DNA from: Candidatus Eiseniibacteriota bacterium
Lineage (GTDB): Bacteria > Eisenbacteria > RBG-16-71-46 > CAVPCR01
Length of the DNA stretch: 64,000 bases
Assembly (NCBI GenBank): GCA_963823555.1
Contig: CAWGMA010000003.1
Coordinates: forward strand, 480,001 to 544,000
Direction of reading: 5' to 3'
A program made the position numbers and the translations under genes. Shown in pieces: positions 1 to 9,580 of the stretch; position 1 is the stretch's first letter; the number at the start of each line of letters is the position of its first letter. The notes beneath the pieces were generated by a model. That model saw only the letters and a list, made by a program, of their open reading frames with translations. It had not been told where the DNA came from and made no database searches.

Positions 1-493
1 AGTCCTGGGGAGCGATGGCGATCGAGCTGACGCCGAGGACAGGGAAGCCGGTGTCGACGAGATCCCAGGCATCGGCTCCGACGCCGGTGTTGAAGGTGCG
101 CCAGAGCCCGCCGGAGGCGGCACCCGCCCACAGGGTCCGGGGGTTCTGGGGGTTCATGGCGACGGCGAGGGTGCGGCCGCCGATGTTGTGCGGCCCGATC
201 TCCTGCCAGGGATCGACGCCGCCGTCGGCGCGGTCGAGGGCGCCCCCGGCGAGCATCGCCTTGGAGTAGGCGAAGGCGGCGGCGTGGCCGACGTCGGGGA
301 TCACCTTCCCCGGATACGCGCGGGCGTTCGCCCACAGCTCGAGAGCATGGAGGGCTCCGCTGGCGCGCTTGGTCTTGGCGATGGGGGTCGTGGCCGGGGC
401 CATGATCACAGCTCCCATGACGGCCACAGCGGCGACCACGGCAAGACCCACGGCCAGGCCTGCGCGGCGGGGCGAACCCGGGCGGTCAGACAT
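1..493 (-). CDS. Secreted BNR/VPS10-like (GH74-type) beta-propeller protein, N-terminal part; runs off the left edge
   Basis: Manual translation from ATG at 493 with GGAGG RBS: MSDRPGSPRRAGLAVGLAVVAAVAVMG...WQEIGPHNIGGRTLAVAMNPQNPRTLWAGAASGGLWRTFNTG...GFPVLGVSSIAIAPQD. W..IGP.N.GGR and AGAASGGLW are typical of these propellers. Absent from the ORF track because it has no stop in the window. Confidence 0.75.
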   Translation of the reverse strand, partial: MSDRPGSPRRAGLAVGLAVVAAVAVMGAVIMAPATTPIAKTKRASGALHALELWANARAYPGKVIPDVGHAAAFAYSKAMLAGGALDRADGGVDPWQEIGPHNIGGRTLAVAMNPQNPRTLWAGAASGGLWRTFNTGVGADAWDLVDTGFPVLGVSSIAIAPQD

Positions 494-810
494 CGGAGTT
501 CCTCCTGGGGGATGGCTTTGGGAGCCCGGCTCCCCGCGATGGCGGCCCGGGGACGATGGCGGGTTGGAGGGACGCGGGACCCGTCCCGCTATTCGGCTTC
601 CCGATCATAGCATGGCGCCCACGCGCGAGATGCGGTATACTCACCGGTGCTGGTTGGCGGCCATGTTCCGGGTGGTCCCGGCGGCCAGCGCCCCTCGAGA
701 GTCCCCTGGTCCCTCTCCGTTCGCGATTCGCTTTCCAGCCGCGTTCGAGATAGCCGGGTCCGTTTGGCCCGGAAAAGGGCCCCCGAGCCGAAAGCACTTG
801 GAGGAACCTG

Positions 811-3780
811 ATGCGTTTCTGGCCTCTTTCCACCCTGCCCCGAGTGAGTCTGGGCGTTGCCATGGCCCTGATCATGGGCGCGTCGGCGGTCCAGGCGGTC
901 CAGCCCGAACCCGACGTCCAAGCCCTCGAGATTCCGCTTCCCGAATATGCCGCCGATCTGGCCCCCACCCATGTGACGGCGCGCGCGGCAGCTCAACGGG
1001 CGACCGCCGAGCTCGAAGGTGTATGGCAGGTCTATCGCTGGGACCGAGCGGCGGACACCCCCGCCTGGATCTATGGCACCGGGCTCGACTTGCCGGGCAG
1101 CGCCGGCGCGGATGATGCGGCGCTGGAGTCGATCGCACGCCAGTTCATCGACTCTCACCCAGGGATCTTCAAGGCCGTGGATACCGATCTCGTCCTCGAC
1201 ACGATCGCCCGCGGTGCCGGCAAGGTCGGTGTCCACTTCATGCAGACCTATGCCGGGGTGCCCGTGGTCGGGGCGCGGGTGAGCCTGGTTCTCACTGATT
1301 CGGGGCGGCTCGCCGCTTTCGGGTCCGAGTTCCACTCGACGATCGAGCTCGATCCAGCGCCCGCGCTCACTGCGACCGCAGCCAGCCGGGCCGCGCAGAA
1401 CGCATTGCCCTTCAATCCCGCCGTGGATCGCATCGAGGGTGCACCCGAGCTCGTCGTGGTACCGGTGCCGCGCTTCGAGGGCGGCGCCACGTACCGGCTC
1501 GCCTGGCAGGTTCGCGTGACCACCACCGAGCCCTACGGCATCTGGCGAAGCTACGTGGATGCCGCGACCGGCCAGATCTTCTGGCGCGAGAACGAGGTCG
1601 AGCAGCTCTACTCGGGGGCCTCGACCGGTGATGTCGAGCGGCCCGGGTACTGCGACGGAGTCACTCCTGATTCGCCGTTCCGCAAGATGACGATCAACGT
1701 GAGCGGGGCCGGCAGCTCGGTCACCGACGCCGACGGCAACTTCTCGATTCCGGGGTCCGCCGGATCGCAGACCGTGACCGCGGCCTTCGACGGCCCCGAA
1801 GCCAACATCAACAACCAGGACGGCCCCGACGCTTCGTTCTCGAGTCCGATCCAGCCCGACGTCCCGTTCTCCATGCTGTGGACGGACGCCAACTCCCACC
1901 CGGCGGAGCGGGATGTCTTCTTCTTCGTTAACGAGACCGATGCCTATCTCAAGACGGTCGATCCGACCTGGGATTACGCGAAGTACACGGTCAACGTGAA
2001 CGTCAACGCGGCCTGCAACGCCAACTGGTCCGGCACGACGATGAACTTCTTCCGGGAGCTGGGCGGCTGCGGCAACACCGGTCGCATCGGCGACGTCGTG
2101 GCGCACGAGTTCGGCCACGGCGTGCAGTTCAGCCTCCTCGGGGACCAGGGCAACGAGGGGCTGGGCGAGGGCAATGGCGACATCATGGGCACGCTCATGT
2201 CCGACGACAGCGTCATCGGCCGCGGGTTCAACCTGAACGTGTGCTCCTCGGGGATCCGCAACTGCGAGAACACGCTCGTCTATCCCACGCATGTGGTCGG
2301 GCAGCCGATTCACTCGGCGGGCCGCGTCATCTGCGGCTTCAACTGGGACATGTGGCAGGCGCTGACCGCCTCCCTCGGACCCGAGGCCGGGAAGGCCAAG
2401 ACCGCCGAGCTCTGGCACTTCGCGCGCAAGGTGTTCCGGCCGGATGTGCAGCCGGATCAGGTGCTCGCCTACTTCGTGATCGACGATGACGACGCCAATC
2501 TCCTGAACGGCACACCGCACTACTCGGAGATCTGCGAAGGTGCGACCAACCACGGGTTCCCTTGTCCCGACACGGTGCCGGTCTATGTCGCGCACACGCC
2601 GCTGGCCGACACCCAGGACACCCAGAACCCGTACCCGGTCGTGGCCACCATCATCGCCTATGATGGGGCGCTGGAGCCGGATTCGCTCAGGGTCTACTAC
2701 CGCTCGAACCTGGGCGCGTTCGGTTCGTCGCTGATGACGGCCACCGGCAACCCGGACGAGTTCGCCGGCTCGATTCCGGCCCAGCCGCTGGGCACGCTCG
2801 TCCAGTACTACATCGCCGCGGCCAACGACCTGGGCGAGCGCGTGACCAATCCCGATGGCGCCCCCACGGTTCTCCTGAGCTTCTTCGTGGGCACGCCGGG
2901 GGTCGCCGCGGTCGCCGACATGGAAACCGATCCGGGCTGGACGGTCGGTCCCAACACCGCCACCGGCGGCATCTGGGAGCGCGCCGATCCGGTCCAGGTG
3001 ATCGTCTACGTCCAGGGCAATCCCAACTTCGCGCAGCCGCCCGATGATCACACTCCGGATCCCGGCGTCCTGTGCTGGATCACCGAGAACGGCGTGCCCG
3101 GGCAGCTCGGCGGGGCGACCGACGTCGACAACGGCTACACCACGCTGGCGACGGCGACCTACAATCTCGCCGGCGAGCCGTTCGCGCGGCTCTCTTTCTA
3201 TCTCTTCTATACCAATCATCTCGGCGGCAACCCGGGAGAGGACGCGTTCGACGTCGACGTTTCGACGAACGGCGGGTCGACCTGGGTCAACATGATCTCC
3301 CGGCTTGGGCACACGAACAACGACTGGGAGAAGGTGCAGCTCGACATCACGAACTACGTGCCGCTCACCTCGACCATGAAGTTCCGTTTCGTGGCCCGCG
3401 ACCTGGGCGGAGCCTCGCTCGTGGAAGCGGCCATCGATGACTTCCTGATCGAGGTGCTGCCGCAGACCCAGGGAGTGGCGCAGGAAGCGGGGGCTTCACC
3501 GCTCCGCTACGCGATCGCGCAGAACCGACCGAACCCCTTCAACCCGTCGACCGAGATCCGCTTCACGGCGGCCGCCGAGGCTCCGGTATCGCTCCGCGTC
3601 TATGACGTGGAGGGCCGGGTCGTGCGTACCCTCGTCGACGGCGTGATGCCGGCCGGCGAGCACGTCGCGGTGTGGGACGGACGCGACGGGAACGGAGCGG
3701 CGGCCGCGTCAGGGATCTACTACTACAAGATCGAGGCCGGCGACTTCATGGCGACGCGGAAGATGGTGCTCGTGAAGTAA
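811..3780 (+). CDS. Secreted M4/M36-like zinc metallopeptidase (FTP/PepSY-like propeptide) with C-terminal FlgD-Ig/T9SS-CTD-like domain
   Basis: 989 aa; GGAGG RBS; signal peptide ending AVQA; VHFMQTYAGVPV and YVDAATGQI propeptide motifs; AHEFGHG zinc motif plus GLGEGNGD; C-terminal NRPNPFNP...WDGRDGNG...SGIYYY...TRKMVLVK. Confidence 0.8.
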   Translation: MRFWPLSTLPRVSLGVAMALIMGASAVQAVQPEPDVQALEIPLPEYAADLAPTHVTARAAAQRATAELEGVWQVYRWDRAADTPAWIYGTGLDLPGSAGADDAALESIARQFIDSHPGIFKAVDTDLVLDTIARGAGKVGVHFMQTYAGVPVVGARVSLVLTDSGRLAAFGSEFHSTIELDPAPALTATAASRAAQNALPFNPAVDRIEGAPELVVVPVPRFEGGATYRLAWQVRVTTTEPYGIWRSYVDAATGQIFWRENEVEQLYSGASTGDVERPGYCDGVTPDSPFRKMTINVSGAGSSVTDADGNFSIPGSAGSQTVTAAFDGPEANINNQDGPDASFSSPIQPDVPFSMLWTDANSHPAERDVFFFVNETDAYLKTVDPTWDYAKYTVNVNVNAACNANWSGTTMNFFRELGGCGNTGRIGDVVAHEFGHGVQFSLLGDQGNEGLGEGNGDIMGTLMSDDSVIGRGFNLNVCSSGIRNCENTLVYPTHVVGQPIHSAGRVICGFNWDMWQALTASLGPEAGKAKTAELWHFARKVFRPDVQPDQVLAYFVIDDDDANLLNGTPHYSEICEGATNHGFPCPDTVPVYVAHTPLADTQDTQNPYPVVATIIAYDGALEPDSLRVYYRSNLGAFGSSLMTATGNPDEFAGSIPAQPLGTLVQYYIAAANDLGERVTNPDGAPTVLLSFFVGTPGVAAVADMETDPGWTVGPNTATGGIWERADPVQVIVYVQGNPNFAQPPDDHTPDPGVLCWITENGVPGQLGGATDVDNGYTTLATATYNLAGEPFARLSFYLFYTNHLGGNPGEDAFDVDVSTNGGSTWVNMISRLGHTNNDWEKVQLDITNYVPLTSTMKFRFVARDLGGASLVEAAIDDFLIEVLPQTQGVAQEAGASPLRYAIAQNRPNPFNPSTEIRFTAAAEAPVSLRVYDVEGRVVRTLVDGVMPAGEHVAVWDGRDGNGAAAASGIYYYKIEAGDFMATRKMVLVK

Positions 3781-3836
3781 GGCCATCCCCGGCCTGCTCG
3801 CCCCGATCGGCGAACCTGAAAGGGGGCGGGCACCTT

Positions 3837-3883
3837 GACCAAGGGGGGGGATTCCACCCAGGGATCCCCCCTCTTGGTCTTTG
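3837..3883 (+). terminator. Intrinsic terminator after the peptidase gene
   Basis: GACCAAGGGGGGGGATTCC-accca-GGGATCCCCCCTCTTGGTC followed by TTTGT. Confidence 0.65.
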
Positions 3884-3939
3884 TCGCGGGCATGATGCCG
3901 TGGCCAGGGTCGGCCCCACGGATTCGATCCGGTGACCCC

Positions 3940-3969
3940 GTGACACGCGATTGGAATCTGTGCTACAAT
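3940..3969 (+). promoter_or_regulatory. Putative sigma70 promoter with extended -10
   Basis: GTGACA-N18-TACAAT with TG one base upstream of the -10; about 200 nt upstream of ATG 4166. Confidence 0.5.
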
Positions 3970-4165
3970 TCAACTTGTGCGGAAGCTTGCTGCCCGGCGT
4001 ACACGTGAAGCGAGCTTCGTCGAGTCACCGCCCGAACCGCCCTTCCGCGAGGCGGCGACCGCCAACCTGCAACCTGGGTGCGCAGCAGAGGAACGGTTGG
4101 CCTGGACTCCCGTTCCTCCCAGCTTCCTCTCCGTGAACGCTTCATCAGGCGGAGGTTTGTATCTC

Positions 4166-4909
4166 ATGAAGACCGCGATCGCTCTCAGTCTGGGTCTATT
4201 CCTCGTCGTGCCGGCCTTCGCCGCAACCTTCGATGCCGGCCCAGCCGATGTTCCCCAGATCCCCTGGCCGACCCACGCGAGCGACACCGATTGCTCCTCG
4301 AACCAGGGCGCCGTCGTCAATGGCTCGCTCGGTATCAATGCCAATACGGCACCCGTCGTCCAGGGCCCCTGCATCCCGGGGGGCTCAGGTTCGCCGGCTG
4401 ATCTCATCGGATTTGCGTTCCCGGTCGTGAGCTGCCAGGACGGTTTCGTGAAGACCACGCGCGTCCAGTTCAACATCGCGGATGCCGGTGATCTGTGGCA
4501 GCTCTACCTGTGGCGGGAGCAGGGCGGCATCCCGCTCGACGCCTGCGGCCTCGAGTGCGGCGTGGCCACTCCGCTCACGATCCCGGCGGTCGGCCCGGTC
4601 GTGGTCTCCCACGACTGGACCCAGCAGCAGTGCCCCTGCCTCACCTTCAACGGCGAGCGCATCCATATCGGCACCGTGTATGTGAACGTCGCTCTCACGG
4701 TTGCCGACTGGTACGTGGGCCGCGAGAACAGCCCCTTCGGCGCCGGCTTCGGCTACGGCAACCTGTCCGGCGACCACGACGACTGGCAGGATCTGGACCT
4801 GTTCGGATTCGGCAACCACTGGGGCGTCGAGAACATCATCGGCACCGAGTGCGGCACGGTTCCGGTCGAGTCGACCACCTGGGGCACCGTGAAGACGCTG
4901 TACGAATAA
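4166..4909 (+). CDS. Secreted Cys-rich hypothetical protein with C-terminal VPVESTTWGTVKTLY motif
   Basis: GGAGG RBS before ATG 4166; signal peptide MKTAIALSLGLFLVVPAFA; 247 aa; several Cys; terminal TWGxxKxxY motif. Confidence 0.75.
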   Translation: MKTAIALSLGLFLVVPAFAATFDAGPADVPQIPWPTHASDTDCSSNQGAVVNGSLGINANTAPVVQGPCIPGGSGSPADLIGFAFPVVSCQDGFVKTTRVQFNIADAGDLWQLYLWREQGGIPLDACGLECGVATPLTIPAVGPVVVSHDWTQQQCPCLTFNGERIHIGTVYVNVALTVADWYVGRENSPFGAGFGYGNLSGDHDDWQDLDLFGFGNHWGVENIIGTECGTVPVESTTWGTVKTLYE

Positions 4910-4970
4910 CCGACTTATCGCATAGAGACTGGGGTCCAAGCGTTCGCGAGGATGCTCGAGCCCAGTAGCG

Positions 4971-4996
4971 AGCCCCCCGGCGGGAGCCGGGGGGCT
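4971..4996 (+). terminator. GC hairpin, probable terminator
   Basis: AGCCCCCCGG-cgggag-CCGGGGGGCT perfect 10-bp stem with a weak U tail. Confidence 0.45.
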
Positions 4997-5040
4997 TCGC
5001 TGTTCTCAAGCGCCCGATGTCACGCTAAGCTCGTCCTGTC

Positions 5041-6189
5041 ATGACCGACCGATCTCCCATCTATCTCGATCACGCCTCGACCACCCCGCTCGATGCCCGG
5101 GTCGTCGAGCGCATGCGTCCCTTCCTGGGCCCCGAGTACGGCAACGAGGCGAGCAGCCATTTCCTGGGTCGGCGCGCCCATGACGCGGTCGAGGCGGCCC
5201 GATGCGAGGTCGCGGCCCTGATCGGTGCCTCCCCCGCGGAGATCGTATTCACCGGATCGGGAAGCGAGGCCGACAATCTCGCCCTCAAGGGAGTGGCGTT
5301 CTTCCACAAGCTACGCGACGTTCACCTCGTGACGACCGCGATCGAGCATGACGCGGTGCTCAAGCCGGCGCGGAGTCTCGCCCGCCTCGGCATCGAGCTG
5401 ACCGTGCTCGGGGTGGATGGGCTGGGGCTGGTCGATCCCGAGGATGTCCGTCGCGCGCTCCGGCCGGAGACTCGCCTGGTGTCGGTGATGCACGCCAACA
5501 ACGAGGTGGGCACGCTCGAGCCCGTCGCCGAGATCGCGGCGATCACACGCGATCGTGACGTCCTCTTTCATGTCGATGCGGTGCAGACGGCCGGATTCCT
5601 GCCGGTCGACGTCGATGAGCTGGGTGTGGACCTGCTCACGCTCTCGGCGCACAAGCTCTACGGGCCGAAGGGGGTCGGGGCGCTCTATGTGCGGAAGGGG
5701 ACGCGTCTCGTCCCTCTCATCGACGGTGGACCGCACGAGGAGGGGCTGCGCGCCGGCACGCTCAACGTGGCTGGAATCGTGGGCATGGGGGAAGCGGCGA
5801 GGCTCGCGCGGGAGGAACGCGAGGCGAGGCGAGCGCACGCCGCGGCGGTGCGGGACGCGCTCGCCACAGCGCTCGCCGACGCGGTGCCCCAGGCGGTGCG
5901 GAGCGCGTACCCGGCGCCGATGCTGCCCGGACATCTCCACCTGGTGATGCATCTCGGTCCGTCGGTCCCGCTTCTCGCCCATCTGAGCGCGCGCGGCATC
6001 GCCGCATCCAGCGGTTCCGCCTGCACCTCGACCATCGCCAAGCCCTCGCATGTGCTGACGGCGATGGGGGTCGGCCCCGAGGCCGCGCTCTCGGCGCTGC
6101 GCCTCACCACCGGACAGGCCGTCCGGCGCGAGGATGTCGCGGCGGTGGCGGAGGCCGTCACCGAGTATGCGGCTCAGGTGCGGCCGTGA
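5041..6189 (+). CDS. iscS: Cysteine desulfurase (IscS/NifS, group I)
   Basis: IYLDHASTTP, FTGSGSEADN, MHANNEVG, HVDAVQ, SAHKLYGPKGVG (PLP Lys), SSGSACTS (catalytic Cys). Confidence 0.9.
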   Translation: MTDRSPIYLDHASTTPLDARVVERMRPFLGPEYGNEASSHFLGRRAHDAVEAARCEVAALIGASPAEIVFTGSGSEADNLALKGVAFFHKLRDVHLVTTAIEHDAVLKPARSLARLGIELTVLGVDGLGLVDPEDVRRALRPETRLVSVMHANNEVGTLEPVAEIAAITRDRDVLFHVDAVQTAGFLPVDVDELGVDLLTLSAHKLYGPKGVGALYVRKGTRLVPLIDGGPHEEGLRAGTLNVAGIVGMGEAARLAREEREARRAHAAAVRDALATALADAVPQAVRSAYPAPMLPGHLHLVMHLGPSVPLLAHLSARGIAASSGSACTSTIAKPSHVLTAMGVGPEAALSALRLTTGQAVRREDVAAVAEAVTEYAAQVRP

Positions 6190-6973
6190 GGCCGGGTGCC
6201 GGCTTCGCGTCCGGCTCGCCCTCGAGCCGTAGCGCGCCCGCGAGCCCGTGGCAGGTGGAAACCGTGGCGACGACCGCGTAGGCGACGCCCGTCCGCGTCA
6301 TCCCGGCGCTCTTCCCGAGCGCGATCGCCTCGCGGGCCAGGTCGGCGAGCGGGATCGTGCCCACCCCGAACGCCTCGTGCAGGCATTGGAGGACGTGCAC
6401 GCTCGCCACGGCCTGTGTTCTCTCCCTCAGGTGGTTCGCCACGGCCCGGCCCATGTTCCAGGAGAGCGGCGCTGCGATGGCAGGGCAGGTGCGCGGCTCG
6501 ATGCAGTTCACCGGGCAGACCCAGGTGGCGAAGGATAGGGCGAAGCTTCCGTTCTCGAGATCGCGCCTGAACGGGGTCGCGATCGCACCCAGGAGCCCAC
6601 GCGCCTCCTCGGCGCCGGCGCGCACGGCCCGGGGGGCTGCCACCCGGCGTAGCGCTTCGAGCATGATGTGCGAGGCGAAGGGAGAGGGCACGATGCGGCC
6701 GGTCACCGGTTCTCCCGCGGCGACACGGGAGACCGCCGCGGGCAGGATCGTGCTCAGGTGATCCGCCCAGTCGGCGACCTCGATCTCGACTCGCGGGTCC
6801 TGCACCTCACGCGCCACTCGACAGCTCGGATCGCGATCGATGATGACGATGCGAGCCACCGGGCCGCCGGCACGATCGGCGTAGCGGAGGAGCTGGCGGG
6901 TGTAGAAGGTCCCGAAGCAACCGCCGCCGATGATCGTGTAGACAGCGGGGCCGGTGCGCGGCGAGTGGTTCAT
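6158..6973 (-). CDS. Hypothetical protein with N-terminal Rossmann-like motif and Cys/His cluster
   Basis: C-terminal part of ORF 6158..8353; ATG 6973 overlaps the queG stop (ATGA); YTIIGGGCFG...IVIIDRD; CPVNCIEPRTCP, QCLHE, TCHG. Confidence 0.7.
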   Translation of the reverse strand: MNHSPRTGPAVYTIIGGGCFGTFYTRQLLRYADRAGGPVARIVIIDRDPSCRVAREVQDPRVEIEVADWADHLSTILPAAVSRVAAGEPVTGRIVPSPFASHIMLEALRRVAAPRAVRAGAEEARGLLGAIATPFRRDLENGSFALSFATWVCPVNCIEPRTCPAIAAPLSWNMGRAVANHLRERTQAVASVHVLQCLHEAFGVGTIPLADLAREAIALGKSAGMTRTGVAYAVVATVSTCHGLAGALRLEGEPDAKPAPGLTAAPEPHTR

Positions 6974-8121
6974 GGGTCGTTTCTCCGCGCCACGGCGCCG
7001 CTGACTCTCTCGAGCGCCATCTCGATCTCGGCCCGTGCCGCGGCATCCTCCTCGCTGGCCGCGCGCCGGGCGAGGAGCGCGCGGTCCGCACGCTCCCCCC
7101 GCCGTTCGAGCCCCCATGCCGCATGGGCCCGGACCAGCGGCTCCCGGTGCTCGAGCCCGAGCCGGAGCGCTGGGCCGGCATCCCCGGTCGTGGCATTGCC
7201 GAGCGCCACCATCACGTTGCGCAGGAACCCCGCGTAGCGCGGCGCGGCGCAGGTTGGAACCGCGCGTGCGGTCGGCGAACTCTTCCGGCCCCAGCCGCGC
7301 CAGATCGGCGAGACGTGGGGTCGACATGCCCCGGACGCGGCGCATAGGCAGGATCTGCGCTCGGCCGCGCAAACTTGTTCCAGGGGCAGACGTCCTGGCA
7401 GACGTCGCAGCCGAAGATCCAGTCGCCCATCGCCGTGCGCGAGCTCGCGCGGGATCGGACCGCGATGCTCGATCGTGAGGTAGGAGATGCAGCGGCGTGA
7501 GTCGACGACAGTGGGGGCGACGATGGCGCCGGTCGGGCAGGCATCGATGCAACGCGTGCAGGTTCCGCAGTGGTCGGTGGCCGGTGGATCGGGCTCGAGC
7601 TCCACGTCGAGGAGGATCTCGGCGAGGAAGAACCAGGAGCCGTGGCCGCGCCGGATCACGTTGGCGTGCTTTCCGACCCAGCCCACACCGGCGGCGTGCG
7701 CCCACGCCTTCTCGAGCACGGGGCCGGTGTCGACATAGGGATGAACGTCGATTCCGGAGCGAGCCGCGACCAATCGCGCGCTGAGCCGGCGCAGCTGCCG
7801 GCCGATCTCCCGGTGATAGTCGCCGCCCCATGCATAGCGCGAGATGCGGCCGGCGCCCGGAGTCGGTTCGTGGCGCGCGGGGTGATCGTAGTTGACGGCG
7901 AGCGAGACCACCGTGCGCGTCCCCGGCCGCACGCGCCGCGGATCGCGCCGTCGCGCGGGATCGCGGGCCAGCCAGGCCATGGTGCCGTGATAGCGCCGGG
8001 CGAGCCATGACTCCAGTCCGGCGCGCTCGCCGAGATCCGTGGCCAGGGCGAACCCGACCGCCGAGAATCCCTCTTCCAGCGCCAGTCCCCGGATCGCCGA
8101 CTTCAGTCGATGACCGATCAT
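6970..8121 (-). CDS. queG: Epoxyqueuosine reductase QueG; three +1 frameshifts in this sequence, probably artefactual
   Basis: [65 protein letters not shown] lies in a second frame and [11 protein letters not shown] in a third; original frame resumes at RNVMVALGN with a HEAT-like tail. Confidence 0.9.
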   Translation of the reverse strand: MIGHRLKSAIRGLALEEGFSAVGFALATDLGERAGLESWLARRYHGTMAWLARDPARRRDPRRVRPGTRTVVSLAVNYDHPARHEPTPGAGRISRYAWGGDYHREIGRQLRRLSARLVAARSGIDVHPYVDTGPVLEKAWAHAAGVGWVGKHANVIRRGHGSWFFLAEILLDVELEPDPPATDHCGTCTRCIDACPTGAIVAPTVVDSRRCISYLTIEHRGPIPRELAHGDGRLDLRLRRLPGRLPLEQVCAAERRSCLCAASGACRPHVSPIWRGWGRKSSPTARAVPTCAAPRYAGFLRNVMVALGNATTGDAGPALRLGLEHREPLVRAHAAWGLERRGERADRALLARRAASEEDAAARAEIEMALERVSGAVARRNDP

Positions 8122-8203
8122 GGCGGCATTCTAGCAAGGCGTGGTATGCTCCCATGCGCTCGGAGTTTTCCCTCTGGAAGTCCCTCCTGTGAGGTCGGTT
8201 CCG

Positions 8204-9219
8204 GTGATCATTCTCGGCATCGAGACATCGTGCGACGACACGTCGGCGGCGGTGGTCAACGACGAGTTCGCGATCCTCTCGAACGTGGTCGCGTCGCAGG
8301 AGGATCACGCCGCCTTCGGAGGGGTCGTTCCCGAGCTGGCCTCGCGCGCCCATACGCGTCTCGATCGTCCCCGTGGTGCGCCTCGCCCTCGACGCGCGCC
8401 GGCCATTCGCTCGATTCGATCAACGGGGTCGCCGTCACCTATGGCCCGGGCTTGCTCGGATCGCTCCTGGTCGGGGTGAGCATGGCCAAGGCGCTCGCCT
8501 ACGGAGCCGGGCTACCGCTCGTCGGTGTCAATCACCTCGAAGGGCACTTGTGGTCGGCGCTGCATGTCGAGCCCACGCTGCTCTCATTGCCTTTCCTTGC
8601 CCTCATCGCCTCCGGCGGGCATTCCGAGATCGTGCTCGTGAAGAGCTTCGAGGACTACGACCATCTGGGCGGTACGCAGGACGATGCTGCGGGCGAGGCC
8701 TTCGACAAGGTGGCCAAGCTGCTCGGTCTCGGCTATCCCGGGGGGCCGGAAGTCGAACGGCTCGCGCGCGAGACGAACGGGAGCGGGACTCTTTCCTTTC
8801 CCATCGCATCGACCGATGGGCGGTACGACCTGAGCTTCTCCGGACTCAAGACCGCCGTGCGCCAGCACCTGATCAGCCGCCCGCCCACGACGGACGCCGA
8901 ACGCGCCGCCGTGGCTTTCGCTTTCCAGGAAGCCGTCACCCTGGCTCTCTCTTCCCGCGTCCTGAGCGCGCTCGATGACCATCCGGTCGAGCATGTGGTC
9001 CTCTGCGGCGGCGTGGCGCGCAACGGACGGCTGCGTTCCCATCTCGGCGATGTTCTCGGAAAGCGACATGTCCACCTCATCGTGCCCCCGGCCGAGCTCT
9101 GCACGGACAACGCCGCGATGATCGGGTTCGTCGGGTCGCTCCTCCTGAAGAGCGGCCGTCGCGCGCCGATGGCGCTCGCTGCCGCCGCCAGCCTGGAAGA
9201 GGCGGGCTGGAAGGTCTAG
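8204..9219 (+). CDS. tsaD: tRNA N6-threonylcarbamoyltransferase TsaD; two +1 frameshifts near 8360 and 8388
   Basis: GTG start; [23 protein letters not shown], then [45 protein letters not shown]. Confidence 0.92.
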
Positions 9220-9350
9220 CCGCCGCCTTTCGCGCTTGAGTCCGCCTGCGTTCGAGCCGATCTCTTGGTCGACGCTTGTTACCGGGATCGAGCGCGCCGG
9301 GCGGTTCCGACGCGGCCGCTTCCGGCATGCACGGCTGCAGGCGGTCCAGC

Positions 9351-9378
9351 GCAGTTTGCAGTGGGTACTGCAATCTGC
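9351..9378. promoter_or_regulatory. Palindromic site, candidate upstream activator sequence for a sigma54 enhancer-binding protein
   Basis: GCAGTTTGCAGT-gggt-ACTGCAATCTGC, 11/12 inverted match, about 95 bp upstream of a -24/-12 motif. Confidence 0.5.
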
Positions 9379-9472
9379 ATGAGGATCGCGGTCGCCAGAG
9401 GGGCCGGCCTCCCGCGCCGCCAGCCAACACGTTGCTGCGAAGCGGACTAGGTTCGACCGCCACCCCTCCGCC

Positions 9473-9488
9473 TGGCACGCAAGTTGCC
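9473..9488 (+). promoter_or_regulatory. sigma54 (-24/-12) promoter
   Basis: TGGCACGcaagTTGC matches TGGCACG-N4-TTGC exactly; about 90 nt upstream of ATG 9581. Confidence 0.7.
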
Positions 9489-9580
9489 CCTCCATCGCCT
9501 GCAAGGCGTGGCCCAAGCGTCACCTCGTCTGAATTGCCGCACACGTCGGCCGCGACCACCAGTGGAGCACAGCCCGAGTC

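Noticed and set aside
589..3312. Long antisense ORFs (also 51498..54524, 28288..30588, 38462..40519, 26687..28225)
   Set aside because: Shadow ORFs opposite well-supported genes, expected in high-GC DNA, and without recognisable motifs.
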